The notes under the pieces: generated by a model
Told to the model about the DNA's origin: nothing
The model's database searches: none
The model's input: the letters and a program-made list of their open reading frames with translations, nothing else
In this document: positions 1 to 8,787 of the stretch, one piece after another
Layout of the letters: each line of letters opens with the position of its first letter
How positions within the stretch are numbered: position 1 is the first letter of the stretch
Position numbers and translations under genes: made by a program
Assembly: GCA_945861645.1 (NCBI GenBank)
Contig: CAMAVZ010000005.1
Location: 15,200 to 79,199, forward strand
Length of the DNA stretch: 64,000 nucleotides
DNA from: Opitutus sp. GAS368
Lineage (GTDB): Bacteria; Verrucomicrobiota; Verrucomicrobiia; Opitutales; Opitutaceae
Reading direction: 5' to 3'

Positions 1-1
1 T

Positions 2-103
2 ACGCCCGTGGTGGATAAAGTGTTTCCCCTGGCTGAAGCCGATGCGGCCTTGCGCCGTATGGCGGCCGGCGAGCAGTGCGGGAAAATTGTGTTGGCGATC
101 TAG
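2..103 (+). CDS. 3' end of zinc-binding alcohol dehydrogenase / quinone oxidoreductase family protein (partial)
   Basis: Manual translation TPVVDKVFPLAEADAALRRMAAGEQCGKIVLAI* matches the typical MDR-family C-terminus (PVVDxxFPL...GKIVL). Confidence 0.75.
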   Translation, partial: TPVVDKVFPLAEADAALRRMAAGEQCGKIVLAI

Positions 104-123
104 CCTTGCCCTCAGCCTGACGG

Positions 124-768
124 CTAAGCGCGAATCCACTGCACCAACTCCTGCAGTAACGCCGTCGCGGCCTCCCCGAGAAAAATAAAATAAAGCACGC
201 CCAGCGCAAAGATGAGATAACCCGCGAGAATAAAGAGGCCATCGCGCTCCAGCAATCCGGCTGCGACCAATAAAATAGCCCAAGCCGGGAAGGAATTCGT
301 AAAAGGAATCGGGATCGGCAACACCAACACCAGCGCCGCGGTCAGCATTAATACCGCGTGCAGTTGCACTAACCCGGGCGTGTCGGTTAAAAAAGTGAGA
401 CGGGGCCGGATTAGTTTTTCAATGATCCGAATCGTTTTCTCGGCGACCGTGAAGAGCTTTCCAAAAAAACCGGGCGGTAATACCTTGCGCTGAAGTTTCA
501 TCGGGAGCCAAGGGCGCTGACCCAACGTCAACCGGAGCGCGATCAGCGCGATCGCTAATCCAAAGGGGGTGGATAAACCCGGCAACGGAATGGGCGTAAT
601 AAAAGGGAGGGCCAACAATAGCACCAGCAGCGTGTAGGCCCGCCCGCCAAGCGTATAGATAACCTCCCGCAGCGTTAGTGCACCTAGGGCGGAGCGATGG
701 CGCAAATCAGCCAACTCCTCCGATAACTTGCGGGGTGGATTTGCGTTAAATTTTGAATTTTTTTTCAT
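124..768 (-). CDS. exoD: Exopolysaccharide biosynthesis protein ExoD family membrane protein
   Basis: Motifs LLALPFITPIPLPG, GQRPWLP, PIPFTNSFPA, GLLERDG; multiple hydrophobic helices. Confidence 0.85.
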   Translation of the reverse strand: MKKNSKFNANPPRKLSEELADLRHRSALGALTLREVIYTLGGRAYTLLVLLLALPFITPIPLPGLSTPFGLAIALIALRLTLGQRPWLPMKLQRKVLPPGFFGKLFTVAEKTIRIIEKLIRPRLTFLTDTPGLVQLHAVLMLTAALVLVLPIPIPFTNSFPAWAILLVAAGLLERDGLFILAGYLIFALGVLYFIFLGEAATALLQELVQWIRA

Positions 769-1457
769 GTGCCGCGTTTATTGCCGTATAGTTCCACGTG
801 CAGGCGCGGGGCGTAACGATAGCCACGCGTCTTGCATAATTCAGCCAACCAAACCGCACGGGCCCGCAAGACCTCGACCGTGGTTCCCTCCGGCATCAGC
901 AATACCTTGGCCCGAGGAATATCCTGCCTGAGCGAGGCGAGCAGCATTTCGATTTCTAAAATGTCTGCTTCTTGCGTGACGACAAACTTGAGTTGGTAGC
1001 CACCGCGATCGAGCCAAGCCCGCACCACCTCCGGCTGCCAACGCAGCGTCTCGTGCTTGATGCGCCAGGTGTCATCGAGCCGCTCATCCGGGGAGGAATT
1101 TTTTAGCTTCGGACTCAGCGAGGCGAGATCGCACGCAATGCCGGCCGGCACGATGGTCGCAGCGGTCTCAATCGTGAGGTGGTAATCTAATTTTTTTAAC
1201 GCGATCGCGAGTGCATGAATGTCTGGCGCAATCATTGGCTCGCCTCCGGTTAGCACGACATGCCGTGCGGGATGACAGCGGATGGCCGCCACGATCTCGC
1301 CTACCGTCATCTGCTTTCCTTCCGGCTGCCAAGAGGCATAAGGCGTATCGCACCAATTACAGCGAAGATTGCATCCACTCGTACGGATAAACACTGAGGG
1401 CACGCCGGTTAACTCGCCTTCGCCTTGGAGCGAATAAAATATTTCAGAAATCAACAT
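765..1457 (-). CDS. queE: 7-carboxy-7-deazaguanine synthase (radical SAM)
   Basis: ISEIFYSLQGEG, CNLRCNWCDT (CxxxCxxC), LTGGEP, SLSPK, PRLH; start trimmed to ATG at 1457; directly downstream of queC. Confidence 0.93.
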   Translation of the reverse strand: MLISEIFYSLQGEGELTGVPSVFIRTSGCNLRCNWCDTPYASWQPEGKQMTVGEIVAAIRCHPARHVVLTGGEPMIAPDIHALAIALKKLDYHLTIETAATIVPAGIACDLASLSPKLKNSSPDERLDDTWRIKHETLRWQPEVVRAWLDRGGYQLKFVVTQEADILEIEMLLASLRQDIPRAKVLLMPEGTTVEVLRARAVWLAELCKTRGYRYAPRLHVELYGNKRGT

Positions 1458-1518
1458 TGAGGGAGGTTTAAACGAGTGAGTAACCGCGAGGCTAAGCAAA
1501 AATAATTTCTGCGCGCAT

Positions 1519-2208
1519 TTAATGCTTGGCTGGGTTGACCGGCAAGGGCGGCTGCGACTCGTAGACGGTCGGATCAACCAATCCTGCTTGCAGGAAGGCC
1601 TCGCGGCGTTCGACACACGTGCCGCACTTGCCGCAGTGGATCAGACCACCTTTGTAACATGACCAAGTTTGCGCAAAATTTACCCCTAGCTTCCCGCCCT
1701 CGGCGGCAATCTGGCCTTTCGTCTTGGTAATAAACGGCCGGAGTAACTGAAGGCCCGCATCAGTCCCGAGCCGCAAGGCGTTGCCCATCGCCGTCATAAA
1801 ATCTTCCCGACAATCGGGGTAAATCGTGTGGTCGCCGGCATGAGCCGCAATGACGAGCGCCTCTGCTCCCGCGCTTTCCGCAAAGCCCGCGGCCGCGGCC
1901 AGCATGATGCCATTGCGAAAGGGCACGACCGTCAGCTTCATATTCTCGGCGGCGTAGTGCCCCTCTGGAATAGCCCCGCCCGACTTAAGCAAGTCCGAGG
2001 CGAAAAGCTGGCCAACGAAATCTAAAGGGATGGTCCGGTGGGTCACTCCCAGCTTGGCCGCATGCTCCGCGGCCCAGGGAATCTCGCGGTGATTATGTTT
2101 AGCCCCGTAATCGAAACTAAGGGCAGCGGTCACCGTATGGTGGGCCCGCGCCCAATAGAGCGCCGTCACCGAATCCATACCACCGGAGCAAAGCACGACG
2201 ACTTTCAT
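1519..2208 (-). CDS. queC: 7-cyano-7-deazaguanine synthase
   Basis: SGGMDS PP-loop, VPFRN, YPDCR, TWSCY...CGKCGTC zinc motif; start trimmed to ATG at 2208. Confidence 0.96.
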   Translation of the reverse strand: MKVVVLCSGGMDSVTALYWARAHHTVTAALSFDYGAKHNHREIPWAAEHAAKLGVTHRTIPLDFVGQLFASDLLKSGGAIPEGHYAAENMKLTVVPFRNGIMLAAAAGFAESAGAEALVIAAHAGDHTIYPDCREDFMTAMGNALRLGTDAGLQLLRPFITKTKGQIAAEGGKLGVNFAQTWSCYKGGLIHCGKCGTCVERREAFLQAGLVDPTVYESQPPLPVNPAKH

Positions 2209-2507
2209 GACTGATGAATTGGCCACAAAAAGCGCAAAAGGCACAGCAGTAAATAATCCCCGAGGGAGCAGGCATATTTTAGGGTAAGCTTGAGCAACCC
2301 CAGCAGGTGGAGTAGGGGACTTAGAGCCCTGCGACCAATAATCCCGTCTTGCCGCTAAGCCCCGTTTAGGTTTTTTCTTGGCCTCCCTTCGGTCCGTAGG
2401 CGGACCTCTTCTATGAATATCATGGCAACATTTGTCGGGCTGTACCAACGGAGTACTCCTCTCGTTAAGGCTGGCCTCGAGGCGGAACCATTAAGCTCCT
2501 CCCGCCT

Positions 2508-3620
2508 TTGAGTCCGACCCTGCACTACCGGTTTATAGATCAGCCGACCCAGTTGCCGCCGCTCTACGCGGCGCTCGATCGCTGCACAGAAATCGCGCTC
2601 GATACGGAGGCAGATAATCTCTTCCGCTACCGGACGCGCGTTTGCTTACTGCAAATCCTAGCGGCCGACGAAATTTACTTGGTCGATCTCCTCGCCGACC
2701 TGCCACTCGACGGGCTCTGGCCGCGACTGGCGGCCAAGCCCTTGATCATGCATGGCAGCGATTATGATCTCCGCTTGCTGTGGGAGTTCTGCCGCTTTCA
2801 ACCGCTCAGCTTATTTGATACGATGTTTGCCGCTCAGCTACTGAGTATTCCCCGCTTCGGTCTCGCCGCGTTATTAGAACAAAATTTTGGGGCGCACGTG
2901 GATAAAGATCACCAAAAAGCTAATTGGTCGCAGCGCCCGCTGGACCGCGACATGCTGGATTATGCCGCCACTGATGTTTATTACCTGCCCGAATTGCGTG
3001 ATCGCTTAAAGGCTGAACTCACTCGCCTTGGTCGCGTCGACTGGATGGAGCAGAAATGTCGCTGGCAAATCGAAGTGGGGCGCGCCGGTTTCGCCGCGCC
3101 CGATGAAAATGCCTGGCGCATTAACGGCTCAGAAAAATTACGTGGGCGCGGCCTAGCGGTCTTGCAAGCCCTGTGGTTCTGGCGCGAAAGCTGGGCTGAA
3201 GCAATTAACACGCCGCCCTTTAAAGTCGTCGGGAACGAGATGCTCGGACGCCTAGCCGGCGCGGCCGAAGATGAATATCCCATCGAGGAGGTCTTGCGAG
3301 TTCATCTGGGCCGCCGTCACGACCGTCTCTACCCCAGTCTCGTGGAAGCGGTCCAGCAAGGCTACGCCACCGATCCACAAACCCTGCCGCGCCGCGAACG
3401 GCGCCGAGAATTTTCGCCGATGTCGCCCGCCGAACTCGCCCGACAAGATCGAATTAAAGCCGACCGAGATCGCTTGGCCCAAGGCTTACAGCTTGATCCC
3501 ACCCTCATCGCCACTCGCTCGCAACTCGTCTTGCTTGCCCGAGATCCCCAATGCATCGATACGGTGCTGCTCCCTTGGCAGGCGCAATTGCTCAAGGCTG
3601 AACCAGCTTGGAAAAGCTAG
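2508..3620 (+). CDS. rnd: Ribonuclease D (DEDDy 3'-5' exonuclease + HRDC)
   Basis: ALDTE, CLLQI, MHGSDYD, FDTMFAAQ, NWSQRPL, YAATDV; HRDC-like WRESWAEAINTPPFKV. Confidence 0.88.
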   Translation: MSPTLHYRFIDQPTQLPPLYAALDRCTEIALDTEADNLFRYRTRVCLLQILAADEIYLVDLLADLPLDGLWPRLAAKPLIMHGSDYDLRLLWEFCRFQPLSLFDTMFAAQLLSIPRFGLAALLEQNFGAHVDKDHQKANWSQRPLDRDMLDYAATDVYYLPELRDRLKAELTRLGRVDWMEQKCRWQIEVGRAGFAAPDENAWRINGSEKLRGRGLAVLQALWFWRESWAEAINTPPFKVVGNEMLGRLAGAAEDEYPIEEVLRVHLGRRHDRLYPSLVEAVQQGYATDPQTLPRRERRREFSPMSPAELARQDRIKADRDRLAQGLQLDPTLIATRSQLVLLARDPQCIDTVLLPWQAQLLKAEPAWKS

Positions 3621-3629
3621 CCCCGCACC

Positions 3630-5315
3630 GTGGCTGAGCCTGCCAACATCGCCCACCATCTTTCCCTGATGGCCATGCGTCAGCCGACGCAGGCCGCCGT
3701 GAAAATTGCCCGGGGCCAGAAAATTTCTGGCGAAATTGATTACCTCACCCTGTCGTTCCGCGCCCTCGAGCAGGAAGTTGCGGCCTGGGCGAATAAACTC
3801 CGCGCGGCCGGCGTCAGCCGCGGAGATCGGGTGCTCGTGATGGTACGCCAAGGCCTGCCGTTAATCGCGGCGGCTTTTGGCCTCTTTAAAATAGGCGCGA
3901 TTCCCATCATTATCGATCCAGGCATGGGACGAAAAAACTTTTTGGCCTGCGTCGCGCGCTCCCAGCCGCGCGTGCTGCTGGGCATTCCTCTTGCCCAAAT
4001 CACTAGCTATATTTTCCGCACCGCGTTTGCGGCGGTAGAAATCCGCATCTGGGTGAGTAGCTCACCGACCGCCCAACGCGCAAGTTCCCAAAAAATCAAC
4101 GCCCCCGTCACCCTCGCCGCGGACTGCGCGGCGACCGACCTAGCGGCGATTCTTTTTACTTCCGGCTCCACCGGCGCACCTAAGGGAGTTTGCTATGAAC
4201 ATGGCATGTTCGCCGCCCAAGTGCGGCTCGTTCGCACAACCTACGGAATTACCCCCGGTGAAATCGATCTGCCGCTGCTCCCTATTTTTGCACTTTTTAA
4301 TCCCGCGCTAGGAATGACCACCATTGTTCCAGCGATCGACCCGCGCCAACCCGCCAACCTAGACCCCGCAAAAATTGTTCGCGCGATTCAACAGGAAGGC
4401 GTCACGAATTCGTTTGGCTCACCGACTCTTTGGCGGATCATTGCCCGCTACTGCCTAAAAAATAATCTCACCTTGCCGTCGCTTAAACGGGTGCTGATGG
4501 CGGGCGCGCCCGTCCCGCCGGAATTATTCGCTGATTTATTAAAAATTTTACCCAACGGGATGGCCTATAGCCCTTATGGCGCAACGGAAGCCTTGCCGGT
4601 TGCCAGCATCTCTGGGCTACACGTTATCACCACCACCGCCAAGGCGACTGCCGCCGGCCAAGGCACCTGTGTCGGTCAACCCGTCGATGAGGTAACCATT
4701 AAAATTATTGCGCCGAGCCCGATGGCGATTGTTTTTGCAACGGAGATTCACGAATTGCCCGTGGGTGCCATCGGCGAAATTATTGTCCAGGGGCCTATCG
4801 TTACAAAAACCTACGATCAGTTAGCGGCGGCCACCGCGTTAGCTAAAATCAACCCACTAAAAACAACCCAAGGGTTGCCCGGCGGCCCTTGGCACCGGCT
4901 TGGCGATGCCGGCTACCTCGATCCCCACGGCCAACTCTGGTTTTGCGGCCGCCTAGCCGAGCGCGTAATCACCCCGACCGGAACGCTCTACCCCGAACAA
5001 GTTGAACCTATTTTTAATCAGCACCCCAGCGTCGCCCGCTGCGCCCTCATTGGCCTTGGTCCCAACCGCGATCAACCAGCTCTCGTAATCGAGCCCACCA
5101 CTCAAGCGATGGTGGCGACCCTGGCCTTGCGCCAAAAATTACTGGGGGAATTACAAATTATGGGCGCCGCTCACGCCCATACGCGCCCCATCACTCGCGC
5201 CTATTTTCATCCGCTGTTTCCCGTGGATGTTCGCCATAATGCTAAAATCCACCGCCTAAGCTTAACCCAATGGGCCGCTCATCAACCGAGTTATGCCCTG
5301 AGCTCACCGTCATGA
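3630..5315 (+). CDS. oleC: Olefin beta-lactone synthetase (AMP-dependent ligase, OleC family)
   Basis: FTSGSTGAPKG, PYGATEALP, WHRLGDAG and OleC-type C-terminal FPVDVRHNAKIHR; overlaps an OleD-like gene. Confidence 0.85.
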   Translation: MAEPANIAHHLSLMAMRQPTQAAVKIARGQKISGEIDYLTLSFRALEQEVAAWANKLRAAGVSRGDRVLVMVRQGLPLIAAAFGLFKIGAIPIIIDPGMGRKNFLACVARSQPRVLLGIPLAQITSYIFRTAFAAVEIRIWVSSSPTAQRASSQKINAPVTLAADCAATDLAAILFTSGSTGAPKGVCYEHGMFAAQVRLVRTTYGITPGEIDLPLLPIFALFNPALGMTTIVPAIDPRQPANLDPAKIVRAIQQEGVTNSFGSPTLWRIIARYCLKNNLTLPSLKRVLMAGAPVPPELFADLLKILPNGMAYSPYGATEALPVASISGLHVITTTAKATAAGQGTCVGQPVDEVTIKIIAPSPMAIVFATEIHELPVGAIGEIIVQGPIVTKTYDQLAAATALAKINPLKTTQGLPGGPWHRLGDAGYLDPHGQLWFCGRLAERVITPTGTLYPEQVEPIFNQHPSVARCALIGLGPNRDQPALVIEPTTQAMVATLALRQKLLGELQIMGAAHAHTRPITRAYFHPLFPVDVRHNAKIHRLSLTQWAAHQPSYALSSPS

Positions 5316-6364
5316 ATCGCGCCGTCTTTATTACCGGAGCCAGCGGCTTCATCGGTGGAAAACTTGCCGAACGTTTACTGGCTGAGGGTCGTCAGGTTAA
5401 GGTTCTCGCCCGCCGCCCCCTGCCTATTTTAGCCAACCTCGGCGCAGAAATTATTACGGGCGATTTGGCCGACGAGCCCGCGCTCCGCCGTGGCTGCGAA
5501 AATTGTGAAGCCGTTTTCCACGTCGCCGGTCGCGTTGGGGTCTGGGGCCCCGCGGCTGATTTTTTTAAAGTTAATGTCGCGGGCACTGCCCAAATTATCG
5601 CCGCGTGCCGCGCCGTCGGCGTGCCGCGCCTAATTCATACCAGTTCACCCAGCGTCGTGTACCATGGCGGTAACCTAGCCGGCGTGGATGAATCGGCGGC
5701 GCTTTGCACCGCGGCACCCTGCGCTTACCCCACGAGCAAGGCCGCGGCCGAACAACTTGTCCGCCAAGCCCACTGTGCCGCGTTAGCCACCCTCTCGTTG
5801 CGGCCTCATCTGGTCTGGGGGCCGGGTGATAAAAATGTGGTGCCACGTGTCCTCGCCCTCGCACGTCAAGGTCGCCTCAGAATTATCGGATCCGGCCAAA
5901 ATCGCGTTGATGTCACCCACATCACCAACGTCATCGACGCCCACCTCCTCGCCGAACAAGCCTTGGTCCGTTATCATCTAAACCGTAACGCAAGCGCCGA
6001 GATTATGCGCGCGCCGGTTGGGGGAGAGCAGCGAGATCCAGGTGGCCAAGCCTATTTCATCACTAACGGAGAACCGGTAATATTGTGGGACTGGATCAAC
6101 GAGCTCTTACGGGGCGCGGGCCTTCCAGAAATTAAAAAGCGCCTTTCCCTGCCCGCTGCTCGCCGGATCGGCGGCCTCTTAGAAATAATTTGGCGGGTGC
6201 TTCCCCTGAACGGGGAGCCGCCGATGACGCGGTTTGTGGCTGATGAAATGGCCACCGACCACTGGTTTAAAATCGATGCCGCGCGCCTCAATCTTGGCTA
6301 CCGCCCACGAGTAAGCATGAAGGTTGGCACCGCCGAACTTATTGCTCAGCTCCAACGCCGTTAG
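5312..6364 (+). CDS. oleD: 2-alkyl-3-oxoalkanoate reductase (OleD; 3-beta-HSD-like extended SDR)
   Basis: TGASGFIG, TSSPSVV, YPTSK, LRPHLVWGPGD, YFITNGEP, EPPMTRFVA; ATGA overlap with oleC stop. Confidence 0.82.
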   Translation: MNRAVFITGASGFIGGKLAERLLAEGRQVKVLARRPLPILANLGAEIITGDLADEPALRRGCENCEAVFHVAGRVGVWGPAADFFKVNVAGTAQIIAACRAVGVPRLIHTSSPSVVYHGGNLAGVDESAALCTAAPCAYPTSKAAAEQLVRQAHCAALATLSLRPHLVWGPGDKNVVPRVLALARQGRLRIIGSGQNRVDVTHITNVIDAHLLAEQALVRYHLNRNASAEIMRAPVGGEQRDPGGQAYFITNGEPVILWDWINELLRGAGLPEIKKRLSLPAARRIGGLLEIIWRVLPLNGEPPMTRFVADEMATDHWFKIDAARLNLGYRPRVSMKVGTAELIAQLQRR

Positions 6365-7170
6365 CCATTTCTCTGCCGCACCGCCTCGAAAAGCGTGATG
6401 ATGGTCGCCATAGCGACGTTCAAAGAATCCGCTTGGCCAGCCATGGGAATGCGTACGAGCAAATCGCTTTGCTTAAGCCAAAAATCACTCAGCCCGTATT
6501 GCTCGCTGCCCATCACAATCGCCAACGGGCCACGCAGCTCCACTTGGGTATAAAGGCTCGGCGTATCCGGCGTCGTCGCCACGATCCGGACCCCCTGCTG
6601 CTTCAGCCAAGCATGGACCGAAGCGCTATCCGCGACTACGATCGGTACAGAGAAAAGCACGCCGGTCGATGAGCGCACCACGTTAGGATTAAAAACATCG
6701 GTGACGGCATCACAGACGATAACCCCATCCACTCCCGCGGCGTCTGCGCTGCGCAAAATTGTCCCAAGATTGCCCGGCTTTTCGATCGACTCCACCACGA
6801 GGAGAAAAGGGACCGCGCTGAGCTTGAGATCTGCAAGACCATATTTCCATTGCGGCGCCACGGCCAACAGGCCATCGGGCCGATCGCGGTACGCACATTT
6901 AGCGAACGCTTCCTTGGATAATTCAAAAAGTTGCGCCCCGGCTTGGCGCGCCTGCTCGATTAAGGCCGGTTCATTTTCGCCGAGGAACCAGTCGGGGCAA
7001 AAATAGAGCTCGAGGAGGCGAATGTTTTTTTCCAAAGCCCGCCGGACTTCGCGATACCCTTCCACCAGAAATAATCCCGCCTCATCGCGATCGCGCCGAT
7101 CGCGTAATTTTACCAGCTGCTTAATGCGCGGATTCTGCAGACTGGTGATTTTTTCAGAAAGGTTAACCAC
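6361..7170 (-). CDS. TrmH/SpoU family RNA 2'-O-methyltransferase
   Basis: ITSLQNPRIK, EKPGNLGTILRSADAAG, GSEQYGL, IPMAGQADSLNVA SPOUT motifs; start estimated (GTG 7170). Confidence 0.92.
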   Translation of the reverse strand: MVNLSEKITSLQNPRIKQLVKLRDRRDRDEAGLFLVEGYREVRRALEKNIRLLELYFCPDWFLGENEPALIEQARQAGAQLFELSKEAFAKCAYRDRPDGLLAVAPQWKYGLADLKLSAVPFLLVVESIEKPGNLGTILRSADAAGVDGVIVCDAVTDVFNPNVVRSSTGVLFSVPIVVADSASVHAWLKQQGVRIVATTPDTPSLYTQVELRGPLAIVMGSEQYGLSDFWLKQSDLLVRIPMAGQADSLNVAMATIITLFEAVRQRNG

Positions 7171-7246
7171 AGCCGATACGGAATACAGGGAAAGCAAACT
7201 CAGCAATTTCCTTTTACCGCCCCCCGCAGTGTGTTCTGTGTAGCTG

Positions 7247-8572
7247 GTGGGCAAAAAGAAATTCAACGACCATCCCTTCTCTTATCACCAGACTTTGGAG
7301 TTGGAGGTAGCCACGCTCACCAACCTCGGCGTCGGCCTAGGCCGGGTCTCACTTCCCGCTTCACCAACCGGCGCGCCCCCCGGCGGTTGGGTGATCATGG
7401 TGCCCTTTACCTTACCTGGCGAAAAAGTACGCGTCCGCGTCTATCGCAACCATAAGAATTACTCCGAAGCAGATTTGCTCGAAGTGCTCACCCCTTCGCC
7501 GCACCGCCAAGAGCCAAGGTGCGCGCTCTTCGGTCGCTGCGGCGGCTGCCAATACCAACACCTCACCTATCCCGAGCAGTTAAAATGGAAACAGCAGCAA
7601 GTAACCGAACTGCTGAAGTATATGGCGGGCGTGGAATTTCCGGTGGCGCCCGTGATCGCCTCGCCCAAAGAGTTTGGTTATCGTTCTAAAATAACCCCCC
7701 ATTTTCATGCGCAGGAAAATACCGAGGCACCCAGCGCTCCCTTAGGCGCCGCCAGTGGTCAGGGTAGTCATGATCTCCCAGTACCAGCCGTTAATCTACC
7801 CCCGATTGGCTTTCTCAAAACCGGCCATCGCTTTGCGCTGATCGACGTACCGACGTGCCCCATTGCCACGGCCGAGATCAACGCCAAACTACCTGAAGTC
7901 CGTGCCAAGACCCACCAACAGCTAGCCGCCGGTGAGTATAAACGCGATGCGACGCTGCTCCTGCGTCACGCCATGGAAGGCGTCACCACGGACTACGATG
8001 CGGTCGTTCACGAACAAGTCGGCGCACTCAAACTCCACTTCCTCGCCCGTGATTTTTTCCAGAACAACCCTTTTATCTTACCGGCATTTACCGGTTATGT
8101 CCGCGCTCAAGCCGCCAGCTGCGGGGCAAAATTCTTGGTCGATGCCTATTGCGGCAGTGGATTGTTCGCGCTGAGCTGCGCCCCCGCCTTCGAAAAAGTT
8201 ACTGGAATCGAGATCAGCGCGACTTCCATTAAATTTGCCACAGAAAACGCGGCGGCTAACGGCATCACTAATACCCTCTTCCAAGCTGGTCATGCGTCCC
8301 AAATTTTTGCGGGCCTAACTTTTCCCGCCGCCGATACGGCCATTGTCATCGATCCACCGCGCAAGGGCTGTGATGAGCCATTCCTCACGCAGCTGTTCGC
8401 CTATGGCCCACAGGCGGTGGTTTACGTATCGTGCGACCCCGCTACTCAAATGCGCGACCTCAAAGGCTTTCTGGCCGCCGGCTATACGCTAAGCGCCGTG
8501 CAACCTTTCGATTTATTTCCTCAGACACGTCATCTCGAATGCGTGATCACGCTGATTCGCCCCGCTAGATAA
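7247..8572 (+). CDS. rlmD: 23S rRNA m5U methyltransferase, RlmD/RumA family (TRAM + 4Fe-4S)
   Basis: C...CGGCQYQH, FFQNN, DAYCGSGLF, DPPRKG, YVSCDP, DLFPQTRHLE. Confidence 0.85.
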   Translation: MGKKKFNDHPFSYHQTLELEVATLTNLGVGLGRVSLPASPTGAPPGGWVIMVPFTLPGEKVRVRVYRNHKNYSEADLLEVLTPSPHRQEPRCALFGRCGGCQYQHLTYPEQLKWKQQQVTELLKYMAGVEFPVAPVIASPKEFGYRSKITPHFHAQENTEAPSAPLGAASGQGSHDLPVPAVNLPPIGFLKTGHRFALIDVPTCPIATAEINAKLPEVRAKTHQQLAAGEYKRDATLLLRHAMEGVTTDYDAVVHEQVGALKLHFLARDFFQNNPFILPAFTGYVRAQAASCGAKFLVDAYCGSGLFALSCAPAFEKVTGIEISATSIKFATENAAANGITNTLFQAGHASQIFAGLTFPAADTAIVIDPPRKGCDEPFLTQLFAYGPQAVVYVSCDPATQMRDLKGFLAAGYTLSAVQPFDLFPQTRHLECVITLIRPAR

Positions 8573-8664
8573 AGCCCGCAAAGCAACCAGCGCCTGGCAA
8601 CGGGCTTAAGCGGCCAGATAAATTCCCCCCAGCCAGCGCCCGCTAAAGAGGAAAATTGGCGACT

Positions 8665-8677
8665 TAACTATTAGTTA
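8665..8677. promoter_or_regulatory. Perfect palindrome TAACTA-T-TAGTTA upstream of PFOR, candidate operator
   Basis: Inverted repeat about 110 bp upstream of the PFOR ATG in an AT-rich intergenic region. Confidence 0.3.
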
Positions 8678-8787
8678 TTCTTTTTCTTTGAGTCTGCTGA
8701 GAAAACATTTACTGATTGTCACCGGACTGAGCCCCTAGACTAACCCCGAGTTATTTAGTCATTAATTACGCCTCGTTTATCCCAACT

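Noticed and set aside
790-805. parS-like half site GTTCCACGTG
   Set aside because: Only half matches the parS palindrome and it lies within queE coding sequence.
765-2208. queC/queE as part of a dpd DNA 7-deazaguanine modification island
   Set aside because: No dpdA/dpdB-like genes nearby, and the Tgt in the window has canonical tRNA-type motifs.
2209-2507. Possible preQ1 riboswitch upstream of queC (hairpin GGTCCG-TAGG-CGGACC at 2391-2406; minus-strand A-rich AAGAAAAAACCTAA)
   Set aside because: Stem and loop do not fit the preQ1-I consensus and the element is ~150 nt from the start codon; only an Infernal hit to a preQ1 covariance model would rescue it.
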